64,000 nt of DNA from Patescibacteria group bacterium (GCA_018817595.1 JAHITU010000007.1:8775-72774); one strand, 5' to 3'; counted from the first letter of the stretch, positions 49,335 through 59,640 are shown. Notes: a model not told the origin generated them from the letters alone. Program-made: numbers and translations.

Positions 49335-50690
49335 ATGAAAAAGAGAATAATCATTTTAATATTTGCTATTATAATCCTATTTATTTCTTGGAATATGATA
49401 AGCAGAAATAGTGGTGTTAATTATATTGTTCAAAGTGAACAAATAAAATCATTAAATTGGAATAATGTCGTTCCAGATATAACAGAACCAGTATTTGAAG
49501 AAAGAGAGTTTTTAATAAAACCAGAAGAATATATTGAAATAACACTTTGTGGTAAAAAAGTAGAAGCTGAAAACGTTGTTTTTGGTGGTTTTAGTTTTAC
49601 TAAAGCTTTTGAGAGAATTGTTAAAGAAAATGTTGAGGCCAGTTTTTGTGGAAATGAAGGTAATTTGAATCTTGATTTTTATGATAGAGTTCTTGGTGTT
49701 ATAGTCAAAGAACAGAGATGGAATCAAATAGAAAATAATATTGATTATATTCCTGAAAAATACGGACCAACTAATATGTATGTTATGTCTTTATATTCTA
49801 AGTCTGACAAAAATCAATTGAGTGATTCTTTTAGTCGAACTAGTTTTGTTTATAAATTTGATTTTAATAAAAAAGAGGTTTTATTACAAATGGCTATTGA
49901 TGGAAGTTTCCGCAAAGTAGGTTTGATTAAAGAAAGTGATTTTAATGATTCATTAAAATCACTTTCAGTAGTTGATGAATTAAAAATTCGTTTCAAAAAT
50001 ATTGATAAAACATCAGATATTCAATCAGACCAATCAATTATTTGGTGGAATGATGAGAATGGTTATAATCTTAATTTTCCAGCCAATGAATCATTTTTTG
50101 TAGCAAAAGAAGAAAAGAATCATATTGACCAATCGCTTATTGCCTATGAATATTTTTATAAGGAATTGGCTTTAGTTAAACAAGTATTTACAAACAGAGG
50201 TTTTATTTTAAATAAAAACAATTCTTCTGATGATTTTACAGATAATCGTTTTTATGATTACATTCAAGCCTATGAAAGAGGAAATGAATTATGTGTTGTG
50301 TTGGTTAATTTAGATTGTACTTCATATAGAAGTGGTAATTATGACAAAGCTTGTCATTTAGTTTTGTCTTGTGGAAATTCTTTAGAGGAAGCCCAAATAG
50401 AACAAATCCCTCTTTTAAACGCCTTAGATTATAAAAATAGAAATAATATTGCTATGATTAGAAACCAATTAGGTGATTTTTATGAAGTAATTGTAAGTGG
50501 ACGGCGAGGGGGTTCAACAGCTATTATGAAAAAAGAAGGTGAGAATTACAGAGTTTTATATATAAGCCAAGAAGATCCATTTTGTAGTCTAATAGAAGAA
50601 GAAAATATACCCAATGAAGTTTTAAAAGCATTTGAAATAAATGGTTGTTTTGGTGATAATGGAAGTAATTATAAAAGATTTAATGAGTAG
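49335..50690 (+). CDS. secreted or membrane-anchored hypothetical protein
   Basis: N-terminal hydrophobic anchor, 451 aa, paired cysteines. Confidence 0.7.
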   Translation: MKKRIIILIFAIIILFISWNMISRNSGVNYIVQSEQIKSLNWNNVVPDITEPVFEEREFLIKPEEYIEITLCGKKVEAENVVFGGFSFTKAFERIVKENVEASFCGNEGNLNLDFYDRVLGVIVKEQRWNQIENNIDYIPEKYGPTNMYVMSLYSKSDKNQLSDSFSRTSFVYKFDFNKKEVLLQMAIDGSFRKVGLIKESDFNDSLKSLSVVDELKIRFKNIDKTSDIQSDQSIIWWNDENGYNLNFPANESFFVAKEEKNHIDQSLIAYEYFYKELALVKQVFTNRGFILNKNNSSDDFTDNRFYDYIQAYERGNELCVVLVNLDCTSYRSGNYDKACHLVLSCGNSLEEAQIEQIPLLNALDYKNRNNIAMIRNQLGDFYEVIVSGRRGGSTAIMKKEGENYRVLYISQEDPFCSLIEEENIPNEVLKAFEINGCFGDNGSNYKRFNE

Positions 50691-50698
50691 AGAATAAA

Positions 50699-51025
50699 AT
50701 GAATTATTTAACTTTAATTGTCGTTGGAATAGCAGGGGTTATTGTAGGGTCTTATTTTGGAATGCAGAAAGGGAATGGTGGAAAGAAAAATATACTTTCA
50801 AAACAAGCTGAAGCTAAGATCGAGAACAAACAAAAAATTTTAGAATTTTTAAAAAATAACGAAAACCTGCCTGCCGGTGAGGCAGGAATCACTAACAATA
50901 ATGTTGAGGAATTATGTTCTGTTTCCAATGCCACAGCAGAAAGATATTTAGATGAGTTGGAAAGGGAAGAAAAATTAGTTCAACATGGTAAAATAGGGAC
51001 AGGTGTATTTTATACGTTAAAATAA
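50699..51025 (+). CDS. membrane-anchored wHTH (DeoR-like) protein
   Basis: TM + ITNNNVEELCSVSNATAERYLDELE. Confidence 0.7.
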   Translation: MNYLTLIVVGIAGVIVGSYFGMQKGNGGKKNILSKQAEAKIENKQKILEFLKNNENLPAGEAGITNNNVEELCSVSNATAERYLDELEREEKLVQHGKIGTGVFYTLK

Positions 51026-51112
51026 GAACACTTTAATCAATTAACTCAACGAGTTGAGTTAATTAAAAAGGGAAGGATAACTTAAAATATATTAAAAATG
51101 TTAAAATAAAAT

Positions 51113-51748
51113 ATGTTAGTTTTTATTGATGAATCCGGAGATCCAGGATTAAAAATGAATAGCGGTTCAAGTCGGTTTTTTACTATTGCTTTGGTAGTAT
51201 TTGAAGATTATGATGAGGCTACTAATTGTGATAGAAGAATTGAATTATTAAAGAAAGAATTAAGTTGGAGTGATAATTCAGAATTTCATTTTAAGAAAAA
51301 CTCTTTAAGAGTTAGGGATTCGTTTTTTAAAGCTGTTATGCCTTATAATTTTTTCTATTATGGTATTGTCATAAACAAAGATCCTAACAAACTTTATGGA
51401 GAAGGTTTCAAGAATAAATCTTCTTTTTATAAATATGCATGTAGTCTTGTTTTTGAGAATGCAAAAGATAAATTAAGTAAATCAATTGTTGTTATAGATA
51501 AAAATGGAAATAATGAATTTCGTAATCAATTAGCTAAATATTTAAGAAGAAAGATGAACATTGATAAAAAGAAGATTAGAAAAGTTAAGATGCAGAAATC
51601 TGAATCCAACAATTTGTTACAGTTGGTTGATTATGTTGCTGGGGCAATAAATAGATCTATTGTTAACTCAAGAAAAGATTCTCAGGTTTTTAGAAAAATG
51701 CTTAGTCGTAAAGAAATGTATGTTCAAGTGTGGCCAAAAAAAGAATAA
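51113..51748 (+). CDS. DUF3800 family protein
   Basis: FIDESGDPG N-terminus, EFHF, LQLVDYVAG C-terminal motif. Confidence 0.85.
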   Translation: MLVFIDESGDPGLKMNSGSSRFFTIALVVFEDYDEATNCDRRIELLKKELSWSDNSEFHFKKNSLRVRDSFFKAVMPYNFFYYGIVINKDPNKLYGEGFKNKSSFYKYACSLVFENAKDKLSKSIVVIDKNGNNEFRNQLAKYLRRKMNIDKKKIRKVKMQKSESNNLLQLVDYVAGAINRSIVNSRKDSQVFRKMLSRKEMYVQVWPKKE

Positions 51749-51749
51749 A

Positions 51750-51821
51750 AGAAAACCACCGAACCTATCCTTGCGGAACGCAGTGATAAACACTACAGTT
51801 TGGTTCGGTGGCACTTCCTTA
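51750..51821 (-). ncRNA. DUF3800-associated structured RNA (candidate)
   Basis: 10-bp basal stem ccaccgaacc/ggttcggtgg enclosing two hairpins, GCAA tetraloop and U-G wobble on the minus strand, TTGATT/TATAGT promoter. Confidence 0.65.
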
Positions 51822-51954
51822 ATTGAAACTATAACATTTTATATCAAAAAATCAAGTAAACTGTGGATAACTAAAACATTGTAAATAAAATTTAAATTAG
51901 CTCTAAAAGAGCAGAACGGCTCAACGACTTGAGCTATTTAAAATAAATGAAAAT

Positions 51955-52632
51955 ATGAAAAAAATATACTTAAAAATAATATTATGTTTGTTTATTTTTA
52001 TACCTTCTTTTTCTTTAATATCCGCTTCAAGCTTGAATGATTTTGACTTATTTTTAAGTAAAAAAATATATAATGACTGTAAAGACCAAAAAATCAATTT
52101 AAGATCTAATTCTACTTTAGGTATTTTATTAGTGGAATATTTTAATATAGAAAAGATAACACCTGATTTAGAATTTATTTCTATAGAACCTAAACAAACA
52201 AATATAAACACAGTAATAGAATGGATATCTAGATATAAACCTTATGCAACTTATATTAATTACCCCGAAAATCCACAATTATATGAAGGTCTTAATAAAT
52301 TAGGGTATAAATCAACACAGGGTAAAGAGTTTTCTTTTTATTCTGATGGGCTTAATATTTTTAATTGTGGAGGTAAAAATATGGATATTAATGGAACTCA
52401 ATATTTTTGGGATAAAGAACTTATTGAATTACCTAAGATAGAAAATTATTACGATAATAACTATACATTATTTGGTTTAAATATTATTCAAAATGGTGGA
52501 ATTACAATATTTGGAATTACTATTTTATCTTTTAGTATTGTGGGAGGTCTAACCTTTTTATCTATCGGATCACTACTTATTCCTTTTATTAGAAAAAAAT
52601 TTATAGTGATAATAAAACGAAAGGTAAATTAA
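51955..52632 (+). CDS. hypothetical exported protein with C-terminal TM
   Basis: signal peptide plus C-terminal hydrophobic anchor. Confidence 0.65.
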   Translation: MKKIYLKIILCLFIFIPSFSLISASSLNDFDLFLSKKIYNDCKDQKINLRSNSTLGILLVEYFNIEKITPDLEFISIEPKQTNINTVIEWISRYKPYATYINYPENPQLYEGLNKLGYKSTQGKEFSFYSDGLNIFNCGGKNMDINGTQYFWDKELIELPKIENYYDNNYTLFGLNIIQNGGITIFGITILSFSIVGGLTFLSIGSLLIPFIRKKFIVIIKRKVN

Positions 52633-52678
52633 AATAAAAATATAACACCTCAACGACTTGAGGTGTTAAAAATAACAC

Positions 52679-53000
52679 AAATAACCCCAAAATCAGATGA
52701 AATTCGAGGAAGTGAGGGAAAATATTTTGAGTTTTTAAAAAGAGGTACGACTTCGGAATTGGTAAAACTAAACAAATTACTAAAGATTGCTGGTATACAC
52801 GTTAAGAAGTCGGACCTCGAAAACTTAAATATTTTCCAGAGGGCTGACGAAGAAGTTCGTTGGTTTTTAGATTAGGTTGTAAATAACTCAAAATTAAGTG
52901 AAGTTCGAGGAGGTAAGAAAAAATACCTTGAGTCGTATCGGGCATACGACGAAAGGTATTTTTTTGAAACCGACAATGAAATTCCTTAATTTTGGGTTAT
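52679..53000 (+). repeat. two large ttcgagga...gac(g/a)a hairpin repeats
   Basis: ataactcaaaatt...aattttgggttat arms with inner tgagtcgtat..atacgacgaaa; related inverted copy at 59083-59147. Confidence 0.6.
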
Positions 53001-56000
53001 TTACTTAAGTTCTTTTATTTTTTCGGCTAATAAAGATGTCTCATCATTCCTCTTCGAAATCTTCCCCTTAATCATCACACATTTTTCTTGTTCTAATAGT
53101 TCGGCGAATTCTTCATAGACTTTAGGGAAAACTACCACTTCTAATGACCCACTGAAATCAGACAGTCTCACAAAAGCCATTTTATCTTGTTTTTTCTTGG
53201 TTAAAATTACTTTGCATTCCTCAACTATACCTGCCACCACTGTGGTTACACCCTCTAGCATTTCCTTTTTAACTTTAGATAAATTACTTCGGCTCTTAGA
53301 AAGTTGTTGAGAGAATTTGTCTAAGGGGTGTCCTGAAATATACAAACCTAATAATTCTTTTTCCCAATTTAATTTTTCTTCCATAGTGGCTGATTCTGTT
53401 TTTTCAAGAGTGATTTCTGTCACACTGGTATCTGCTCCGAATAAGGAATCCTGTCCTTGAGGTTTAGAAGCAAAGTCTTTGGAGTATTGTAATAATTCAT
53501 ACATATTGTGAATTATTTGTTTTCTTTCACCCAGTTTATCCATCGCTCCGCACATAGTTAAGGCTTCAAGAGATCTTTTGTTCATATTTTTACCTTGCAC
53601 CCTCTCTAACAAATCTACCAAGGATTTGAATTTTCCGTTTTCTTTTCTTTCGGCAATTATTTCGTTAGCAATTCCTTCACCAAAGTTCTTTATTGTTTGC
53701 AGTCCAAAACGAATGGCTTCATTTCCAGATTCTCCTTTTACAATAGTAAAGTCAGTAAAGGACTCATTGATATCAGGCGGAAGCACCTCGATTTTCAAGC
53801 GTTTACATTCTGTAATTATTTCAGAAACTTTATCCACATCACCCGAATCCGCCATCAATAAGGCAGTCATATATTCAATAGGGAAGTTAGCCTTCATATA
53901 TGAAGTTTCGTAAGCTACTCGTCCATAGCTGGCTGAATGAGCTTTGTTGAATCCGTAGGCAGCGAAAGTTTCAATAGTCTCCCATAGCTTTTGTACAGTT
54001 TTTTGTTCGATACCATGATTAAGACAACCTTTAAAGAATTTTTCTTTTTCCTGTTGCATCATCTCTGGGATTTTCTTTCCCATCGCTTTTCGAAATTTGT
54101 CGGCTTCAGCCCAAGTATAACCAGCAAGGTTCACAGCAATAAGCATGACATCGTCTTGATAGATAATAATTCCATAGGTTGGTTTTAAAATAGCTTCAAG
54201 TTCAGGATGCAGATAGGTTACTTTAGAAGGGTTTTCCTTTCTCTCAATATAGTCAGGAATAAAAGCCATAGGTCCTGGGCGATATAAAGCTACCATCGCC
54301 ATGATGTCCCAAATATCTTTGGGTTTTAATTCCTTTAGATACTGAGTCATTCCTTGTCCGTTCAATTGGAAGGTCCCCAATGTTTCACCTCTGGCTAGCA
54401 TTTCGTAGGTTTTCTTATCTTGTAAATCAATATTATCAAAATCTACATCTATATTATGTATTTTTTTAACTAGCTTAGCTGCATTGGCTAAAATAGAAAG
54501 ATTCTTAATTCCCAAGATATCGAATTTAGGTAGATTAACCACCCCGTCACGATTACCTGTGTACATATCGTACTGAGTAATAATTTTTCCGTCTTTATCG
54601 ACTTGAATAGGGGTGTAATCATCAACTCGAGAAGGGGAGATAAGTACCCCTGCGGCATGGGTAGAAATATGACGGGCACAACCTTCAATTTTTTGAGCAT
54701 ACTTAATTATCTCTTGAACATCTTTATCTGATTTATGTAATTCTTGCAGGTCTTTTTCCATTTCTAAAGCCCGAGCGATTGTCATAGGAAAACCTTGGGA
54801 ACCCATCGGAATTAATTTGGCGATTTTATCTCCAAGGTCATAAGGGAAACCTAAAGCCCGAGTTACATCTCGCACAGAACCTCGAGCCGCCATAGTTCCA
54901 AAAGTCCCGATTTGAGCGACTGCTTTTTTACCGTATTTTTGTCGCATATAATCAATCACATCATCCCGACGAATATCGGCGATATCAACATCGATATCAG
55001 GGATTCCGGGGCGCCCAGGGTTCATAAATCGTTCAAAAGGAAGTTTTAATTCAAGAGGGTTAACCTTAGTAATAAAGTTTAAATAGGAAACTAGAGAACC
55101 AGCAGCTGAACCCCTAGTATTGGTAAAAATACCCACAGAACGAGAGTGATTAATTAAATCAGAAACAATTAAGAAATATGAAGAATACCCCTTGTCTTTA
55201 ATAATTTTTAATTCATATTCAATTCTATCCAAAACCTCTTTTGATTCTGGTAATCCTCTTTTAGAAATTCCTTCAAAAGTCTTTTTTCTTAAGTAGGAAT
55301 TGTAATTTTCTCCATCAGGAATATTTATATCAGGGAAATACCAAGAATCAATATCTAGTTCGACATTACATTTATCTACTATTTTAGAAATATTCTCTAA
55401 GGCTTCGGGAGTGTCTTTAAAATATTTATTAGCAGTTTCTTGATCAATAAAAGAAAAATCTTCTTCGTCATTTCTGTATTTTGAGTTAGAGGACTGGATA
55501 GACATTAAAATGTCTCGAGCTTTTTTATCGTCAGCATGCATATAGTAAACATCTTGGCAGGCTACCAATTCTAAATTCTCGTCCTTGGAAAAATCAATGA
55601 CTTTCTTTTTTAATTCTGTTTGACCTTCAATTTCTGGATGATGCACAATTTCCATATAGAAATTAGGGAAGGTTTTTCTGTACCAGTCTGTGCTTTCTTT
55701 GGCTTTTTCAACATCACCGTATTGCAGGGCTTTGAGGGCCTCTCCTCCAAATTGAGGCATTATACAAATTAGACCTTCTTTAAATTTTTCCATTAATTCT
55801 CGGTCTATTCTCGGTCGGTAATAAAAACCGTCAAGATATGACTTACTGACTAATTTAATTAGATTTTTGTAACCTTGCTCATTTTTGGCCAAAAGGATTA
55901 AACGGTTGGAACGATTGTCGATTCCAGGTCTTTTGTCATGTCGGGTTTTTAAAGCTACATAAAAGTCTACTCCTAAAATAGGTTTGATTTCTTGTTTGTG

Positions 56001-56165
56001 GCATTCTTGGTAAAACTCAATAGTCCCATACATATTCCCATTATCAGTAATGGCTAAAGCAGGCATATTATATTTTTTTGCTTGGGAAACCAATTCCTTT
56101 ATTTTGGGTAGTGCATTTAAAAGACTATAGTGACTGTGAGTGTGTAAATGAGAAAATTGTTTCAT
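53001..56165 (-). CDS. dnaE: DNA polymerase III alpha subunit
   Basis: HLHTHSHYSLL PHP domain, RGSAAGS, PDIDVD, YGFNKAHS. Confidence 0.97.
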   Translation of the reverse strand: MKQFSHLHTHSHYSLLNALPKIKELVSQAKKYNMPALAITDNGNMYGTIEFYQECHKQEIKPILGVDFYVALKTRHDKRPGIDNRSNRLILLAKNEQGYKNLIKLVSKSYLDGFYYRPRIDRELMEKFKEGLICIMPQFGGEALKALQYGDVEKAKESTDWYRKTFPNFYMEIVHHPEIEGQTELKKKVIDFSKDENLELVACQDVYYMHADDKKARDILMSIQSSNSKYRNDEEDFSFIDQETANKYFKDTPEALENISKIVDKCNVELDIDSWYFPDINIPDGENYNSYLRKKTFEGISKRGLPESKEVLDRIEYELKIIKDKGYSSYFLIVSDLINHSRSVGIFTNTRGSAAGSLVSYLNFITKVNPLELKLPFERFMNPGRPGIPDIDVDIADIRRDDVIDYMRQKYGKKAVAQIGTFGTMAARGSVRDVTRALGFPYDLGDKIAKLIPMGSQGFPMTIARALEMEKDLQELHKSDKDVQEIIKYAQKIEGCARHISTHAAGVLISPSRVDDYTPIQVDKDGKIITQYDMYTGNRDGVVNLPKFDILGIKNLSILANAAKLVKKIHNIDVDFDNIDLQDKKTYEMLARGETLGTFQLNGQGMTQYLKELKPKDIWDIMAMVALYRPGPMAFIPDYIERKENPSKVTYLHPELEAILKPTYGIIIYQDDVMLIAVNLAGYTWAEADKFRKAMGKKIPEMMQQEKEKFFKGCLNHGIEQKTVQKLWETIETFAAYGFNKAHSASYGRVAYETSYMKANFPIEYMTALLMADSGDVDKVSEIITECKRLKIEVLPPDINESFTDFTIVKGESGNEAIRFGLQTIKNFGEGIANEIIAERKENGKFKSLVDLLERVQGKNMNKRSLEALTMCGAMDKLGERKQIIHNMYELLQYSKDFASKPQGQDSLFGADTSVTEITLEKTESATMEEKLNWEKELLGLYISGHPLDKFSQQLSKSRSNLSKVKKEMLEGVTTVVAGIVEECKVILTKKKQDKMAFVRLSDFSGSLEVVVFPKVYEEFAELLEQEKCVMIKGKISKRNDETSLLAEKIKELK

Positions 56166-56310
56166 ATCACTATTATATATCATTGATACAAAAAGTAGAA
56201 ATTTGATAAATGTTTATAAGATTAAAGAATAATAAGGCTCAAAAAACTTCATAATTTCTTTATCTTTTCTTTATTAAAAATTTATATGTAATTTATTAAA
56301 ATATAAGCAT

Positions 56311-56871
56311 ATGAAAAAACCTTTATTAATAATTCTTTTAGGTCCTGTCAGTGTAGGGAAAACTACTATTGGAGAAAAGGTATCTAAGGAATTAAATTTA
56401 CCCTTTATTAACAAGGATTCATTAAAGGAAGTGATTTTTGATACTAATGGGTGGAGGGATAAAGAATATTCTAGAGAAATTGGAAATACTGCTTATTCTA
56501 TTTTATATCATTTTACTAATTGTCTTTTGGGAAACTCCTCTGCTGTTATAGTAGAGGCTAATTTCTTACCTAAATATGCCAACAACAAATTAAACAATTT
56601 AATAAAAAAATATAATGCACATGCTATTCAATTAAATTGTTGGGCTCAAGAAGGTGTTTTAATAAAAAGATTTAAAGAGAGAAATAAATTAGGTTATAGA
56701 CATCCGGGACATTGTGAAGATTTTATTTTTAATGATATAAAAGATTCCTTGAATAGAGGAAGGGTTGAGAGTTTAGATATCGAGGGAGAGGTCTTAAATA
56801 TAGAAACAACTGATTTAAATAAAATTAATTATACAGATTTGATAAATCATATAAGTTCAAGAATTTATTAG
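56311..56871 (+). CDS. P-loop kinase (AAA_33-like)
   Basis: GPVSVGKTT, INKDSLKE, RHPGH. Confidence 0.8.
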   Translation: MKKPLLIILLGPVSVGKTTIGEKVSKELNLPFINKDSLKEVIFDTNGWRDKEYSREIGNTAYSILYHFTNCLLGNSSAVIVEANFLPKYANNKLNNLIKKYNAHAIQLNCWAQEGVLIKRFKERNKLGYRHPGHCEDFIFNDIKDSLNRGRVESLDIEGEVLNIETTDLNKINYTDLINHISSRIY

Positions 56872-56926
56872 AATCTTCACTAAAAACATTGCATTTTTTT
56901 TGAAATAGTCTATAATTCTAACCTAT

Positions 56927-57226
56927 ATGTCATCAAGAATGAGAATAACAAGTGGTAAAGCACGAACTCGTCGCTCTCACCACGGAATAGACGCTCCTAG
57001 ATTATCCACATGTGTAAAATGTGGTTCATTTCATTTGCGTCATAGAATGTGTGATACTTGTGGAACTTATAAAGATCGACAAGTTATCGATATTAATGCT
57101 AAAATAGAGAAGAAGAATGAAAGAAGAGTTGCTAAAATGAAATCTTTAGGTATTGACCCTAATGCTAAAGATAAAAAAGAAGCACCTCTAGATGTTAAGA
57201 AATTGTCTGAAAAGAAGAAAAAATAG
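56927..57226 (+). CDS. rpmF: 50S ribosomal protein L32 with C-terminal extension
   Basis: RTRRSH, CVKC...HRMCDTCGTY. Confidence 0.92.
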   Translation: MSSRMRITSGKARTRRSHHGIDAPRLSTCVKCGSFHLRHRMCDTCGTYKDRQVIDINAKIEKKNERRVAKMKSLGIDPNAKDKKEAPLDVKKLSEKKKK

Positions 57227-57317
57227 ACTTATTTATTAAAATATTAATAGGACACCTCCCGCATAGCTTTTTATGGATGAATGACTGCTATTTTGGAGGT
57301 GTTTTTAATTTTAAATT

Positions 57318-58235
57318 ATGTTAGATAGACATTTATTGAGATCAATAGCTTTACAGTCCCTTTTCGAATGGGATATTAGAAAGGATGAAAAAGAAAAAGA
57401 GGATATACAGGACATCCTTAGGAAAAATCTAAAAGATTTTGCTCAAACTGAAAATATTCCTCCTTTTATTGAAAAAATTATATCTTGTGTTTTTGAGAAA
57501 TTACAAGACGTAGATAATATTATTCAACAAGCTGCTCCTCAGTGGCCTATTGATAAAATTCCGGTAGTGGATAGAAATATTTTAAGAATTGGAATCTGTG
57601 AACTTTTGTTTTCTGATAGAGGAGAAGTTCCGCCCAAGGTCGCAATTAATGAAGCTATCGAATTAGCCAAAGCTTTTGGTGGGGAAAATAGTAGCAAATT
57701 TATTAGTGGAGTGATGGGGACTATTTATAAAGAATTAGGAGAACCTCAAAAACACGAGACTAGTGAATCCAGAAAGAAACAAATTGATACTGAAAATTTA
57801 CCATCCCATTATCTAGCTGGAGTAATGATTTATGCTAAGAATGAAGACCATTATGAAGTAATGATGGCTCACAATATTTTTGGTTACTGGACTTTATTAA
57901 AAGGGAAGGACGAAGAAGGGATGACTGCCAAAGAGAACATTATTACAAAAACAAAAAGAAAAACTGGTTTAGATATTAAACTTCAAGATAAAATTGGTGG
58001 AAATGAATATATTGCCTTTCATACAGAAAACGGACATATCAAGAAAAAATTAGATTATTATTTAGCTGAAACGGAATATCAAGAATTACATTTAGAGGAG
58101 GATTCAAAAGAAAAGAAAGGAATAGATGAGATTAAATGGTTTAAATTAGATGAAGTAGAAAAGCTAGAATTATATGATGATATGAAAGAAGTTATAAAAG
58201 AAGGGATTAAGGTCTTGAAAGTTAAAAAAGATTAA
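57318..58235 (+). CDS. nusB: NusB fused to a degenerate NUDIX-like domain
   Basis: DRNILRIG, VAINEAIELAKAFG, FISGVMG; C-terminal WTLLKGK...KTGL. Confidence 0.88.
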   Translation: MLDRHLLRSIALQSLFEWDIRKDEKEKEDIQDILRKNLKDFAQTENIPPFIEKIISCVFEKLQDVDNIIQQAAPQWPIDKIPVVDRNILRIGICELLFSDRGEVPPKVAINEAIELAKAFGGENSSKFISGVMGTIYKELGEPQKHETSESRKKQIDTENLPSHYLAGVMIYAKNEDHYEVMMAHNIFGYWTLLKGKDEEGMTAKENIITKTKRKTGLDIKLQDKIGGNEYIAFHTENGHIKKKLDYYLAETEYQELHLEEDSKEKKGIDEIKWFKLDEVEKLELYDDMKEVIKEGIKVLKVKKD

Positions 58236-58273
58236 GGCTTTACTTTTCCAAACTTAAACTATAAACTAACAAA

Positions 58274-58966
58274 ATGCCTGATTACGAAAAATTTGCCGAA
58301 AAAATAAATATCAAATTTAATAATATTAAATTACTACAAACTGCCTTTACTCACAGGTCTTATTTAAATGAGCATAAAGGAAAAGACTTAGAACATAACG
58401 AGAGATTTGAATTCTTAGGAGATGCAGTTTTAGAATTAGTTACAACTTATCATTTATTTGAAAAGTTTCCAGATGAAAAAGAAGGAGTCTTAACTTCTTA
58501 TCGTTCAGCTATAGTGAACACCACTTCTTTATTGAGAGTAGCCGAGGAATTAGGAGTAAATGATTATTTGTTATTATCAAAAGGGGAAGCAAAAGATACA
58601 GGAAGAGCTAGAAATTTTATTGTGGCAAATGTTATCGAAGCAATTATAGGAGCTATTTATATAGACCAAGGTTACGATTCCGCAGCTAAATTTATTGATA
58701 CATATTTCTTGTCTATTACTGATGATGTAGTAGAGAATTCATTATGGCAAGATGCCAAGAGTCATTTCCAAGAAAAAGCCCAAGAATTTGAAAAAGCGAC
58801 ACCAAGTTACGAAACAATAGAAGAAGTTGGACCTGATCATGATAAAAAATTCAAAGTAGGGGTATTCATTAGAAATAAACTTATCGCAGAGGGAAGTGGA
58901 GTTTCTAAACAAGAAGCCGAACAAATCGCAGCTAAGAATGCTTTAGAAGCGAAACAATGGCAGTAA
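58274..58966 (+). CDS. rnc: ribonuclease III
   Basis: NERFEFLGDAVL, dsRBD GPDH...SKQEAEQ. Confidence 0.96.
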   Translation: MPDYEKFAEKINIKFNNIKLLQTAFTHRSYLNEHKGKDLEHNERFEFLGDAVLELVTTYHLFEKFPDEKEGVLTSYRSAIVNTTSLLRVAEELGVNDYLLLSKGEAKDTGRARNFIVANVIEAIIGAIYIDQGYDSAAKFIDTYFLSITDDVVENSLWQDAKSHFQEKAQEFEKATPSYETIEEVGPDHDKKFKVGVFIRNKLIAEGSGVSKQEAEQIAAKNALEAKQWQ

Positions 58967-59223
58967 AATAATTAAATAAAAAACTACAAGCAAAAAGCTT
59001 GTAGTTTTTTATTTAATTATTTTAGTATTAAGTATTATGTAGTAAGTATTATGGAGGCCCGACTCCTGCTTATGGCAGGTTCAGGAAAATATTTTTCATC
59101 GTATGCTCGATACGACTCAAAATATTTTCCTGCTCTTCCTCGAACTGTATTCAATTTTGGGATTATTTAAAAAATTAAGCAATTAACTTTAAGGTCGGCA
59201 TTACCGACCTTTTTAAATTATTC

Positions 59224-59640
59224 ATTACAGCGCTCCAAGCGCTGTAATCATGTCGCAAAATTACTTGGACACCCGGTGTCCAAGTGGTTTTAATTTCTAG
59301 AAATTCTGATTGCGTCAAAATTAATCACAGTTCGCTAAAGGTGAACCATCTCTTTGAGCCTGTCCGTCTCAGATGTGGTGATAGCGAAACTATAACTATA
59401 GATGGTTACAAAATCAATCCAGAATCCATTCAACGAAGCAAGTCAGAAAATAATTTAAACTATTCCAATTGATTGGAATAGTTAAAAAATATCGCAAAAT
59501 TACTTGGACACCCGGTGTCCAATGATTCTAATTTTTAGAAATATTGATTTTTCTTGCTAATTCCTTAAATTTAATGTATAAAATCAACAGAAGTTTGGAT
59601 GAAAATTGAATAAATATTAAATAAAAAGGGGAGTAAAGAT
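59224..59640 (+). repeat. ~420-bp upstream module, copy 1
   Basis: near-identical to 60646-61114; start repeated again at 61931-61992. Confidence 0.9.

Noticed and set aside
52663-52875. 70-aa ORF
   Set aside because: Overlaps a large hairpin repeat, GTG start inside a palindrome, no recognisable motif.
6285-57010. DnaA boxes (tgtggataa at ~6285, ~19499, ~51862; ttatccaca at ~57002) as oriC
   Set aside because: Isolated single boxes, with no cluster and no dnaA/dnaN nearby.
59284-59472. 62-aa ORF in the duplicated module
   Set aside because: Copy 2 has an early stop and a 53-bp frameshifting difference; likely non-coding.
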